The notes beneath the pieces were generated by a model. The model did not search any database, was not told the DNA's origin, and saw nothing but the letters and a program-made list of their open reading frames with translations. This document shows positions 1-45,217 of a stretch of 64,000 nt of DNA, in pieces. Source of the DNA: Amoebidium appalachense. Its lineage: Eukaryota; Protista; Ichthyosporea. The position numbers were made by a program, and so were the translations under genes. The stretch covers positions 5,632,708 to 5,696,707 of the forward strand of contig CAVNZM010000017.1 in assembly GCA_963693365.1 (NCBI GenBank), read 5' to 3'. Within the stretch, counting starts at the first letter, position 1. The number at the start of each line of letters is the position of its first letter.

Positions 1-944
1 CGAATATTTGAAGCATTTGCATCAAACTACGGTGACAGGTTAAACGTTTTAAAGCTCAGGTGTGGAATAATACCTTTTCTTTTTATCAAAGCCTTTTAGG
101 GCTTTCCAAAGGATTGTGGGACGTACTGGATATTTTTGGCACGGATTCCCACAGGCATTATATGCTGTAGCGACAGCTGCACGTGTAATCAATAAGGGAG
201 AGAACTGAAAAGGGGAACCTAAATTTAACGCAGTCAACCCCCATTGTGATTGCCTTCCACATCTTCAAATCAATACAAAAGCTATCTATAGGGCCCCCCT
301 CCCCCCCCCCCCCCCCCCTCCCCCTTCCCCGCTTGCACTGCACACACACACACACACACACACACAAAAAAAAAAAAAAAAAGAAAAGAAACCGAGAAAG
401 AAAAAGGAAAAACAAACAAAAAAAAGTTTCGTGCCTTATGCTCTAGGCCCGTGACTCGTATTCAGCTTCAGAATCCTCCCTCCCCTCCCCCCTCCCCCCG
501 GACTCCCCCCCCCCACCCCTCTCCCCCAACACACACACACACAAACACACCCATCTCATACCCAACCATCCCCCCCCCCCCCCCCCCCCCCCTCCAACCA
601 CACACACAAATCAAAAAGCAAAAAAAACACACCTACTCACTCTGGGCCACCCAGCTACTCCTCCAATAAAGAAATCAAATTGTTTTTATAATAATGTTTA
701 TTGTTTGCCTACATGGCTATGGGCACACACTCTCATGCATACACACATGAAACCCGACCTCCCTTCTCACACACGCGTGTACTCCCACAAGCTCGCACAC
801 ACTGCGCACAGGCAGTGGAACCCCAACACATATGCCCATACCCCCCCCCCCCCCCACACACACACACCACACCACACACCGCACACACACGGCACACACA
901 CTGTGACACACACACACACACACACACGGGACACAAAGTCAGAT

Positions 945-1205
<261 letters not shown>

Positions 1206-1293
1206 CACATATCCCCTCCCAACCTCCCCCCCCCCCCCCCCCCACACACACACACATACACACACATCCCCTCCCTCTCCCTCCCCGCCCCCT

Positions 1294-1324
<31 letters not shown>

Positions 1325-1942
1325 ACAGACAAGCAAGTAACTCTACGTTGCTCTTCAAGTGGTCGGCTACATCATCGCCCTCGTTCTATTTTTGGCTCTA
1401 AACCCAAACAGTGGCCTCTCCACACACACCTTCGTCGGCTGTTTGCTATTAAAGGAGTAGGTACCAGGAGTGTAGCATATATAATTAGTTGTATATCGAT
1501 ATCATAAATTCGAGATTAAAGTTTATAAGTTGCTGTATTACATTTCTGAGAAATATCTGATATATCTTTTGTTCCGTTTGTAAGAATATTTCAATAAATC
1601 ACTCTAAAAGTATTTTTTTATCTTATGCAACATGCAGAATAAGGAGCCCCTGTACATATGTATCGACATCTGCACCTCACATCATACTTGTGAAGCCTTA
1701 CAGACACCACATCCACGAAGGATTCGTCTCACACTATCATGTGGCGGGTTTGATTTTTTGGGGGGCTCACGTGTGAAATGGTGCCTGTTTCCTGTTACTT
1801 GAGCCTTGTTGGGTGCTTGATTGTGGGAAGGACACCATTCTAACAGGCATAGAGCTCCCCCCCCCCCCCCCTCCCCCTATTTCAATGGGAGGGGTACGCA
1901 CACCGGGGGGGGGGGGGGGTCGGGTCGGAAAGTTCAAACTGA

Positions 1943-2020
1943 GTGGGTGTATCAGCAGTGGGTGTATCAGCAGTGGGTGTATCAGCAGTGGGTGTATCAG
2001 CAGTGGGTGTATCAGCAGTG
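1943..2020 (+). repeat. 15-bp tandem repeat GTGGGTGTATCAGCA, ~5 copies plus one displaced copy near 2073
   Basis: Directly visible. Confidence 0.9.
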
Positions 2021-2687
2021 TGAGCGCGTGACATGTGTCACCGTGACGGTGTGTGTGCTTACCACTGTTTCCGGGTGTATCAGCAGTGCGATTGCCAGGA
2101 AGCTAAGATTGATCATGAGGAGACTCTGAGGTGCCGGGGCGGATGCCATCGGATAGACAGGGGGGGGGGGGGGGGGGGAGGGGAGGCGGGGGTCACGCGC
2201 TGGGGATGGGATGGAGGGATGGGGTTTGGGAGAGGGCAATGACGCTACCGAAAATGCAGGGTGTCGCTAAAAATAGAAAGATAAAATAGAATTTCTCCCG
2301 GCCGTGGTTTGGAGACAAGTCCTTTTCGGTTGATCAAAACTTAGAAGAAGTATTACGCAAGCCACGTGTTTTAACGGCGGTGTTCAACTTCGTGATGTGT
2401 GTGGCTGTGTGTGTTGGGGGGGGGGGGGGGGAGGGGGGGGAGTGGGGAAGGGAGGGGAGGGGAGAGGGGGGAGGAAGGGGGGCCCCGGGGGGGGGGGGGG
2501 AGGGGGGGGGGGGGAGTGGGTTTTCCTAATATTAGTGGCCCGTTTGCAGTTCATGTGCTGGAAAGTGAACCAGCGCTTTGTGTGTAATTACCATCAAAAT
2601 GTCTCCGAGTCAATGGTAGCGATGGCGCACGCACACATGCAAAGACACACACACACACACACACGCACGCACGCACGCACGCACACA

Positions 2688-2722
<35 letters not shown>

Positions 2723-2783
2723 GCGCACGCACGCACGCCCGCCCGCCCGCCCGCCCGCCCGCCCGCACGCACGCACGCCCGCC

Positions 2784-2827
<44 letters not shown>

Positions 2828-3568
2828 CACACGCACACACACGCACACACACACACGCACACACACACGCACACACACACGCAGGTGCATGCTCATATTT
2901 TTGGTATTGGTTCCTACTATTCTCTTGTTGAGATGTGACTCACTGATGTTGAACATGGAACGATCTAGTTGGACTGGGACGCTGCTAGCGCTCGACCATT
3001 ATCGTGATGATACGTACCGTTTCTAGGAAACGTATGGATAGTGGAAAGAGGTGTGCAAAAGTTTGCCCCCCTTTGAGAGGTGCGAGTTTCACCAATGAAC
3101 GCGTTAAAGGTTACCCGGAAAGGGCTCGAAAAGTTTAAACCTATATTTTAGCTGAATAAATTTGCGTCCAAATGGAAATTTATACATGCGTAAGTTATTA
3201 TTGAACCCCACATAGCATAACTTCAAGATCACATTTTTACGTGTATTAGATATCGTTTTGCTCAAACTGAAGGAGTGTAAATTTGTTCTATTACTGCTGT
3301 CACGGACTGGTGGTAGGCTACTGGTGGTAACGTAAGACACCAACCATCCACACTGAGTGGCGGACTCACGCACCACAGTGCAACATTTGAGTTTTTGAAT
3401 ATGATAATGGTCTCTATACAGTGTTGCTGATAATGATTTAACATCGAATCTAAACTGTTCTACGTCTTTAGCTAAAGGTTAGTGGGGTCACGTCACTCTC
3501 ACTTGAAGCATTTGCAAGCACACCAGACAATCCCCTTTCCAGTTTCACACTTTTTTTACAGATGCAAC

Positions 3569-4882
3569 ATGGATCCAGCACAAAATCTACCAAAGGATGT
3601 ACTGATCATTTCCACAAGAAACCCATACGATCCCACACAGACAATAACCATTCCCCGTCGCAACCCCAACAAGCAAAATAACATCATCTGGTTGAGAGAA
3701 TTCGAAGCAAACCTTATACAGCAACAACAGCTAGAAACCCCTCCTCCTTCGTCCCCACCCTCTTCCCCACCCACAAGCACGAGCGCAAGCAGGTCTTTTA
3801 GTTTTAGATTAGGCTACAGCACACGTCCACGTGCCGCTTCCGAGCAACCACTACCTAACAACACCCACCTGTCAACGGAAGATGATACCAAGAATAACCC
3901 AAGATCCGCCCCTGGGTCACCCATGTTTTTCCGCAAGAGAACGGCTTCGGCAGAGCCAACAACTGATTCCGGCCACACATCCCCACGGCTCCCCAGCCTT
4001 ACATCCCATTCACACACTACCGAAAGACGTACGTCACCGCTTACAAAAGATCCGACATCACAATCAGCGTTTCAGAAGTTCTTTGGAACATTGAACAGAG
4101 CAGGACCGAAAACAACAGACGACGCACCTTCTTCCCCAAACATGTCAAGAAGAAAGCAACAACAACAACCGGCACCAATTTCCCTTTCTCCCAGCCCAAG
4201 CTCTGAGACCCCCGCTGAGCCATCATCACCATCACTTACAGATGAAAATTCAACGGGGAGTTTGAAGTCCCCCCCGTCACCAAGTCAACTATCGGGCACG
4301 GGATCGTTTTCCAGCTCATCCTTGCACAGACCTATATCCGCCTCCCGGTCTACCCAGCTTTCTCGCTTTGCTTCAGAACCCCAAAGTTTTGGCCTAGGTA
4401 CCCTTACAGCTGGCGCCTGCGAAGATTCGGCGGACAACTCAAGTTTGAACGCCATGTCGAGTAAATTGTCTGAAGGGGATGTGAGGAGAAGTGTTTCCAA
4501 GGGAAGCGTTGTTCGTTTCAATGTTTCGGATCTTGAGAGTGTTTCTGTTGGAAAACCAGCGAGTAGACGGGAGTCTAACGAGAGTTTATACCGGATAAAC
4601 GGGGTAAAAGGCTCACCTAGAAACTCGGTTTCCCTACCGCGGATTGAAAACATTTCCATTGACAACCAGTGGGACAACTCTGTGTGTGTGTGTGGACAAC
4701 ACCAAAACGGGGTAATGTGCGCGAAACATAGAAATGGCGAGGAGGCCAAAAACACCACCCAACAGAATGGGGATGGGTCAACATTGAAAAAGACAAAGCC
4801 CCGGAGCCGCGTTGGCTCTGTTGTGGATACGATCGGGAGTTTAATAAATGGGCTGCCGAAAACGGACGTGCAGGCCGCTTGA
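3569..4882 (+). CDS. Ser/Pro-rich, largely disordered protein of unknown function (437 aa, single coding exon)
   Basis: Long non-repetitive ORF. ATG at 3569 follows a likely 5'UTR intron (donor GTTAGT ~3478, acceptor tttttttacAG 3561). Many basophilic RxxS sites (RPRAAS, RKRTAS, RRSVS, RRES). A GTGAGT donor plus C-run at 4912 suggests a 3'UTR intron. No recognisable domain. Confidence 0.75.
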   Translation: MDPAQNLPKDVLIISTRNPYDPTQTITIPRRNPNKQNNIIWLREFEANLIQQQQLETPPPSSPPSSPPTSTSASRSFSFRLGYSTRPRAASEQPLPNNTHLSTEDDTKNNPRSAPGSPMFFRKRTASAEPTTDSGHTSPRLPSLTSHSHTTERRTSPLTKDPTSQSAFQKFFGTLNRAGPKTTDDAPSSPNMSRRKQQQQPAPISLSPSPSSETPAEPSSPSLTDENSTGSLKSPPSPSQLSGTGSFSSSSLHRPISASRSTQLSRFASEPQSFGLGTLTAGACEDSADNSSLNAMSSKLSEGDVRRSVSKGSVVRFNVSDLESVSVGKPASRRESNESLYRINGVKGSPRNSVSLPRIENISIDNQWDNSVCVCGQHQNGVMCAKHRNGEEAKNTTQQNGDGSTLKKTKPRSRVGSVVDTIGSLINGLPKTDVQAA

Positions 4883-5868
4883 GAAGCCACCAACTCAGCT
4901 TGGAAATCATTGTGAGTCTCTCCCCCCCTCCCCCCCCCCCCCTCCCCTCCCCCCCCCTTTCCCTCTCCCCCTCCCCTCCCCCCCCCTCTCCCCTCCCCCC
5001 CCCGGCTCCCCGCTCCCCGCTCCCCCTCTTCCTCCACCTTTGATGCATATCCTTTTTGTATGCTTTGCAAAAATATGCGCTGTGTTGTCCGTCATTAATG
5101 TCACTTGGTGCTCTGAAACACATTTTACCCCCCCATTCCCCCCCCCCCCCCCCCCTCCCCCCCCCCGCCCAAAAAAAAAAAAAAAAAAAACTAAAAATTA
5201 AAAACCACCCCCTCAAGAGGATGGGCTGGCGTTCTGATATATATGCTCCTTGTGTGTGTTTTTACATCTGCCCTGTCGTGAACCGTGTACTTTTAACTCT
5301 GTAATAAATCCTTTCCCCCCTTCCCCCCGATTCCTTTCCTCATACACACAGACACATATATGAGCGAGCACACACACACGCATGCACGCACGCACGCATG
5401 CACGCACACACACACACACAAATACCCCCTTCTTTCTTCTAGATCGGTGTTCACCGTGTCTAAACGAGGTAGTTTTCACGATTGGCATTTTGGGCCGGGG
5501 CGGTGGTAGGGTGGCGGCTAAGAAAAAGGTCGGGGGAGAGGGAGGGAAAGGAGGGGGGCGGGAGGGGAGGGGAGGGGGGAGGAGGGGGAGGGGAGGGAAG
5601 GGGAGGGCTTAATTCAAAAGGGTGGATGGGGTATTAGAGCTATGGGCAGGTTAGGGGCAGGGAAGAACGGAGAGCACATATTTCATTTACTTAACAACCA
5701 TTTGGTAGATTGGCCTGGACATAAATCCCCCCCCCCCCCCCCCCCCCCCCCCCCCAGTGTCACTTCGTACCGTATGAGCATTCTTAGGTTACATGCACAG
5801 GCACAGGCACAGGCACAGACACGCACGTGTGGGCGCGTGCGCACACACACACACACACGCACACACGC

Positions 5869-5915
<47 letters not shown>

Positions 5916-7085
5916 ACACACACACACACACACACACTCGTGGCACACCCACCCACCCACACACACACACACACGCACACGCACACATGCTTCACCCCTC
6001 CGCCTCTAAACCTGCTCATTCCGTAACCATGTATATGCTTCGTTTTCCCATGTTCTCCCCTGTACCTTATTCGACTATGGGGTTCTCAAATTTTAACTTA
6101 TACTTTAAACTTTAACTTTAACCACAGGAACTGATCGTTCAAATTGATTAACTGCTATCACGATGCTGAGAGGTGGGGAGTCGGCCGCAGTTGGATTTTA
6201 ATTCGGTATGCCGGCGACTTTGTTCCCTTTTTTCTTTTCTTTTCTTTCCTTTCCTTTTCTTTTCTTTTCTTTCCTTTCCTTTCCTTTCCTTTCTTTTCTT
6301 TTCTTCCATTCCTTTTTTAGGCCCTTTCTCTTCAACTGCAAAGCGCTCTCTTCTTCTCATTTAGGCATCTATACTTAGCAATGTTTTCGTTGGGAGTTTG
6401 TGATTTGTTTGATTAGGATAAATGCGTGCGGTTGTTGTACTGACAAGTAATGTAATGTGCACACACAGTTACGTGCGCGCGCACGCACGCACACACACGC
6501 ACACACACTTGCACACACACACACATACCCACCCACCCACCCACCCACACATACACGCACACACGCTGGCACACCCACCCACCCACATACGTATACACAA
6601 ACATGCACACACGTACGCGCACACCCCCACGCGCGCGCCCCCACACACACACATTCACATACAAATACACACATAAACTATACACATGCCACACTCATGC
6701 ACACATTCAGCGTGTTCACAAATCTGCGTGACACACACGTACAAACTCACACACACGCGCAAACACACACGCATACACACACGAGTTTCTGCTCCTTGAA
6801 TTAATATTTGAGTTGCTTTAGCATTTTCATGTGTCATTCATTGACTTACACTTAGGTACGGTCTTAGTTATTTTGGCCCTACAATGGTAAATGTATTGCA
6901 TAGATTTTCTCCACCGTGAATTCAGTAGCCAAATGGCCGTTTAAACCAAGAAATACCAAAAAATTTAGTTTGCCGTATCCATGTATTAGATTGTTAATTG
7001 CCGTACCGTTTGTCGGTTTTGTACAGATACTGTTAATTTGGTCGATTTAGAGTAAAGACTGAGCCAAGAAAATTGTCATGATGTA

Positions 7086-7117
<32 letters not shown>

Positions 7118-7119
7118 AG

Positions 7120-7258
7120 CCCTCCTCCTAGGGATGAGCTCTGCTATAGTGCTGCATACTGGGTGTGTAGCTGATGTACGAATACTTGAATGTTTGCCTT
7201 TGCATGTGTCCTGCTCTGCAGTGTTTCACATCGTGTAGTTGTACTTCGTACCGTGTTC

Positions 7259-7260
<2 letters not shown>
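7120..7260 (+). mobile_element. Copy of dispersed C-tailed repeat family (opposite genomic orientation)
   Basis: Reverse complement aligns with 19165-19300 and 33418-33540; followed by a C-run. Confidence 0.75.
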
Positions 7261-7297
<37 letters not shown>

Positions 7298-7511
7298 ACC
7301 CCACCACCACCACCACCACAAACAAAAAAAACGAAAAAAAAACACCATCGATATCCCCATCTCCAAGCTTCCAAGCCCTTGATGTTTGGCATGTCACCCT
7401 GCTCGTTCGATCGTTGAGATTTCGATTTTCTTATTGGCATCACACATAATATGCACACGAGGCACACACATATCTGTGGGTCTATTGTATTTTGTGTATG
7501 GGTGATTGCAA

Positions 7512-7557
<46 letters not shown>

Positions 7558-7586
7558 GTGTGTGTGTGTGTTTGTGTGTGTGTACA

Positions 7587-7621
<35 letters not shown>

Positions 7622-7719
7622 TGAAAGGGCTTCCTGTTGCCTGCGACTCCCCCTCGGTCTGTCCATCCCTCCAGGTCCACCATTGTTTTTCCTATCCGCG
7701 TAGTCCCCCTGCCCCGCTC

Positions 7720-7752
<33 letters not shown>

Positions 7753-8370
7753 ACCCCCACCAAACACATACACACAAACACCCCATGGCCACCCACCCAC
7801 CCACCCACCCAACAACATGCATGTACACACACACCACCCTTCGTGAGAACACACACGTGTGTGTAACAGGAATTGCGGGACTCTGAGTTTGAGGTAGATA
7901 TTCATATCATGTAGTATTTATGAGAAACTCCACAACTTTAGTCATGAAATTGCTACATATGTATAGCATTTTTTCTTTTCTAATATATATGCTCTATTTC
8001 GGGCCAGCCGAAAGAACCAAATGCAAAGAAAACTAGAAACACATTAACCGTATATTGTCAGGTTCCTTTAAACCCTCCCCCCCCCCCCCCCCCCCCCCCC
8101 CATATAAAACATTTAAAAAAATAAAAATAATGCTTGCTTGCATACACGATCCCTCCGATCCATGGCCAAACAAACGCAATGCACCTACGAATTCCTAACA
8201 GTAAAACACGGGTAAATAAACTAATATGGTGATGTGTTGTGCGTTGCATTCGAAAGAAAGAAGCCAACAGAGGCGAACAACAGAGAAATCACAATTGATA
8301 TGTCGCAGGGAGAGTGCAGGAAGGGAAAAGGATCGACCGAAAAAGTGCCTGGGAAAAATAAAGGCAGCAA

Positions 8371-8430
<60 letters not shown>

Positions 8431-8876
8431 AATCCCACCATCCAACCCATTTAACGTCTTTCACACCAATCATCTCGTACCCAAAACAGAGTGTTTGAAA
8501 AGAAATAAAGGAAACGGCCAATTTTTCTTGGGAAGAGAACAAGAAAACAAGACGCATGTAAAGCATCTACCCAAGTTCAAAGAATTCAATCACTCAATCT
8601 CTTTCCCTATTGACAGCCGTTACATCTTCACAAAACAAACATTCGGCAGTTTAGGTGACTGACATTTAGCGAATTAAAACATCAGCTTGGCAGATTGACA
8701 TATTTATGATCACACCAATTATTCTGCGCTCAACACACATTGCTAATCATTTTAATGTAACACCAAAAAAGCACACGTCAAGAGTATGCAATTGGTCTTG
8801 CCCATTTATGGTGCAATCCTATTTTGGACATTGCACGACTTCCATAAATGGAATTCTTGAAAAAATGACATGGACA

Positions 8877-40317
<31,441 letters not shown>

Positions 40318-40801
40318 AGTTGCTATTTCTGTCTCAACATAGCAAGCCTACCCTTGGATGTCCTAAATCGACGGAGGGGAATGGGCAAAAAAAGTGGGTG
40401 CGAAGTGAAGAAGGTTGAGAAGTTGCCTATCTGCAGGTAGCAGTGAGTGTAATACGACGGACAGCAATTGTGTAGAAATTAATATGAATTTTGATGTAGG
40501 CTCAGAAAAACATGGCCATACTACAGTCACGAAGTTTGCAGACTGTAAATTCTCACTGCATGTGTCCACTAAAGCTGGACGTCACAATCTGGTATGTGCT
40601 GGCCTTGTACTCAGTTGACTCTTTCTACTTGACCTATTCCCTGCCTAAAACTATGCTAGCAATACTTAATATCCTTGTCACCCTTTTAATAACAACACAA
40701 CTTTTGTACACAAACCGAGTCAGATCTGTGCGCGACTTTCGTGAAACAGACAGACAGATGCCGCGGAGCCATAAAGCGGTTGCACCCTCGTTTCCCCCAA
40801 G

Positions 40802-40835
<34 letters not shown>

Positions 40836-40892
40836 AAAATTTCGAGGTGGGAACGGGGGGGGGGGGGGGGGGGGGGGGGGGATTTTTTTTTT

Positions 40893-40949
<57 letters not shown>

Positions 40950-41490
40950 GGGGGAATCCGAGTCTGCAGTGTGCTTGCCATTAATTTACGGTGTCATTAT
41001 TAATAAAACAGCTGCAGCATGTGAAAGTGACCTGCAATCACTTCTACACATTATTATTATGGTATTTTGACTACGTAATGATATCATAGGTATTAAAAAG
41101 GCGAATGTCGCATGCATGGATGTATACGTAGTGTGTGCTTGACGTGTATGTGGTTGCGTGTGTGCATGTTCATGTGTGTGTGCCGTGTGTGTGCATTGAA
41201 TGTGACAGCATACTCTACATACACCGTGACATTACAGTTAAACTGTAAGTAACATTACAATCATAAACTACCACTCTGACATGCTGAACATTACTGGAAG
41301 TTAAATGTTACAACTAACACCTAACAAACTGATTCTTAAGTTACTGTGTTGACTAAGTCTTGGCATCATGATGCCAAATCCCATACTAATCGAACCTACT
41401 AGACATGCCCTACGTTTGCCACCTGACCCCAAAGCAGCTGGCAGCCACAATAACAATTAGAAAAATAAAAAACTACGTGGAGGGATTGGC

Positions 41491-42934
41491 TCACTTCCAC
41501 CTATTATCCGTGACACTAAAACTGAGCAGGCGGATGCCAAAAGCGGTGACCAGAGCATACAACATGGCCTTGCACCTACAGCATTGCATGTAAGTATGAC
41601 ACAGATGGGGAGGGATTGCTAAAGTCAGTTGACAGACGCTACATTGTGCACTGGCTATCGTGCTCGGGTATGTGTGATAATAACTGGGGTGGAACGCTTG
41701 CGGATGGTGCGGGTGCTGGCTAGGGGGAATCACCCCAGACTGTTGGGTGCTTTGGAATTCATCCGCCGAATCGGTTGACGAACTGGTGGGATCATGCTCC
41801 TGAGGGGCAACACCTGTGTTGGTGCTTGCACGTGAAAAGCCGCTGGGCTTGGCCTTCTTTGACGGGGCAGTCTGTGAATTACTCTGTGACTTCAGCCCAC
41901 GTTTCGTGTTTCGTGCTCTCTCGCTTGCTTTCTCCGTAACTGTCCTAGCAGCGGCTTCCTTAGCCCTCGCGATTTCCTCCCTCACCTCGGCGGCCACCTG
42001 ACTACGCAAACGTCTTTCCTTCTCAATGTGTTCTATTTTTGACTTGATTTGTTTCAATGTTTTGGAAAGGATGGCATCCAGCCCCACACCCTCCTCGTTG
42101 CCCTCCAATGCTGCATGGTAATGTGCAAATATGTCCTCCTCTGTTGCCGGCAACTTTTGTTCCGCAAGCGAAATAACAATACTTTCAATCAACGCGGTCT
42201 CCGCATCCGACCATCTACCCGAACGTACCTCCTCGCCCACAGACACATAATACTCCAAAGCATTCTGATCTGTGGTTCGTGTTTGCGTGAATCGTGCGCG
42301 CCGCCTTTGCGTTGGAACCGTGGCAGTGGCCTTGCCCCTGGTGGCTGTTGTGTTGGCCGTATGGGTGGTGTTGGACCCATCACCACTTCTCAGGGAAAGG
42401 TTCCCCCCTTCGCCGGATAAATGCAGCTGCATGGTAGACGGGCGACCTGGACGGTTTGGCTCTGGCCGCTGTCCATGACTGCATGTGTATGTGCGTTTGT
42501 GTGTGCGTGTGAATGCGCGCGCACGTGTACACATGTGTGTTTGTGTGTGCGTGCGCACACGTGCTCTGTGGGTGCGTGCGTGCGTGGATTCGTGCACCTG
42601 TGCATCTATCCACACACGTGTATGCATGGACCATGACGCGCGGATGCATTGTGTGTGTGTGTGTGTGTGGGGGGGGGTGTGTTGGGGGGGGGGGGGGGGG
42701 GGGGGGGGAGGGGGGCTGTGTGTGTGCGTGCACACGTGCATGCGTGTGTGTGTTTAAGTTTGTGTATGGTGTGCGGGTGTGCAGGTGGTGAGCAGTGGGG
42801 GAAGGTGGGGGGGGAGGAGGAGGGGTTAGACATCATGAAACGACGGATACAGGAGGGGGAGGGGATTGGGAGAGGGGGCTTTTCTTTCCCCTCCCGGGGG
42901 GGGGGGGGGGGGGGGGGGGGGGGAGAGGGGGAAA

Positions 42935-42968
<34 letters not shown>

Positions 42969-45186
42969 AATAAAGAGAGGGACAAGCAGAAATACCTGGA
43001 TTTGGCCAAGTTAAGGTTTCGATTATAAAGTACCAAGTGTGGGCAAATAGAGGATGCAAAAGAAGAAAAGTAGCAAATGCATATCATACGGCTCACCTGT
43101 TGCCACAATTCTCACACCTGCATGCCTGGGTGCATGCCCGCTTGTTCTTTGCGCATATGCAACGCTCATGCCCATCGTATGCCTGCACTTTCCCCCCGCC
43201 GTTCTTAAAACCACAAAAAAAACGTGTTCTATCCTTACTGTTTCTATTACAGCTGCAGCCCTTGGCGGGCAACCCACCGAACGTGTCAGTTGTGTTAGCG
43301 TTAGACGCCAACTCCGTCGAGTTTTCCGTGTCAACTGAGTGTGATGTCTGTGTTTGGTTGTTGTCCGAGATTTTGTTCGCATGCGACAAGCGAGGTATTA
43401 CCACTGAGTAATGATCTGCTGCACCGTTAAGTGATACGGGTATGGCAATGTTGGGTTCGATGACGGTGGGTGGAGTGACCGCAACTACACCGTGATTGGC
43501 AATCGTGCTAAAAATGGTTATTGGTATGCGGAGTGCGTTGGCTAAGCCCAGCACCATCGCGTCACCGGCTGCAGAAGCAAAATGGGCGCGCCGAGGACAG
43601 CGGAAATCATCAGCTACGTATGCGAGGGTCACCCTTGAAAGGAATCCTTGGTATTCTGCTAGATTTCGCCGCCATTCGTTTACCATTAGTTCGCGTAGCC
43701 GTCCAATCGCCTCTATAGGCTCCATATTAGCTGTAAACCCCAATGTGTTGAGGTGTTCACGGGTAGCTACATGACCGCTTTGTAGATACTGATTGATATA
43801 ATGCCACACCGAATGAAACAAACAGTTGCCGTCAGCGGGTGTTTCCATAAGCTCCATTCTCCAGGCACCCAGAATTTGAAGAAGGCGTTGTTGCTGGACC
43901 TCAGGTGGCCCGGATATGTCCCTGTGTTGCACATCACAAGGAAGAATAAGCAAAGACAAGAAGTGGGAGGGTGACGTAGGGCAGTGGTGGTGGGGTGGGT
44001 GACAGTGGGGTGGGATTGGGGGGGGGGGGGTTTTGAATGCGTTAAAAAGTACGAAGTACACAAGAACAAACGGATAACACGATGCAGAATGCAAGCCATA
44101 CATAAAGAGTATGCATAATAAGCAGAGCCCATCCTCAGGGGGGGCCCACGTCATCCACAGTACCCGAGTTTCGACCTATTCCCCTCGTTAACGAAACCCA
44201 ACTCAGATACTGTTTCACTTGAACATGAGTAGGTCACCCGTCTTGATCAGAGACGAGCAGGGTTGCTTATGCAGGCAAGGGCAGTGGGAAAGGCCGGGGG
44301 TTAAAGTTGCAGCAGTAAGCAGAAGCAAGAGGGGGGGGGGGGGGGGGGGGGGGGGAAGAGAGAGAAAGACAGATTATGGGGAAGGCGGAAAGGCCGAGGA
44401 GCAGAACAAGGGAAACCTTGGCGTGTGTGTGTGTGTGCGTGTGTGGGTGGGTTGGGGTTGGGGGGGGGGGTTGGGGGGGGGGCATTAGATTATTAACAAT
44501 TCTATAAGTGAATAAGAGTGTGTGCGCTCGTGGCTGCGAGGGAGGGTGCATGCGTGCATGCATGGGTGCGTTCGTGTGTGCAGGTGTGTGAAAGGGGAGG
44601 GGTGTGTGTGTGTGGGGGGAGGGGGTTAGGCACTCTGAAGGGGGCCGGGCAGGTGTAAGGGAGTACTGATGAAGGAGGGGCTATGAACGGGGGGGGGGGG
44701 GGGGGGGGGGGGTAGATGCAGATGCTTTCAAATAGGTGGAAGAGAAGCAGGGAGCTTCCAAAAAGGTAGGATGGAAGATATAGGTATACTATTAGAGAAT
44801 AATGAGAATTAGGGGAGGTAAGAGGTAATGGAGGACTTGAAAAGGAGGGACGAATGGGCAGAGGCCCTCCTGAGGGGGAGGGGGGGGGGGAGGGGAACAG
44901 GACAGGCATAATAAGTGGGCCTGGGGAGGCAGGTTGTCTGACAAAAAACTGGTGTCACTTGGGTTGGAAGGAGAGATGGATTGATACGTGCAAGGAAGTA
45001 AGGAGGTGGAGCAGTTGGGAGGAAGAATTGTGGGAAGGAGGAGAGGGGGAGGGGGATGCAGAAAAGGGGGCGGGGGGGGGGGGAGGGGGGGGGGAGGGGA
45101 AAGGGGGATGGGGGAAAGGGGAGGAGGCCCTGCAGGGAAAGGGGGGGAGAGGCGAGAGGGAGGAGCGGGGGGGCGTTGGAGGGGAA

Positions 45187-45217
<31 letters not shown>

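Noticed and set aside
1-240. Non-repetitive stretch with open frames on both strands at the window edge
   Set aside because: No recognisable motif; cannot decide strand or coding status.
4285-5070. 261-aa antisense ORF (likewise antisense ORFs over the GT61, OTU and mucin exons)
   Set aside because: Shadow frames of real coding exons extended by low-complexity sequence.
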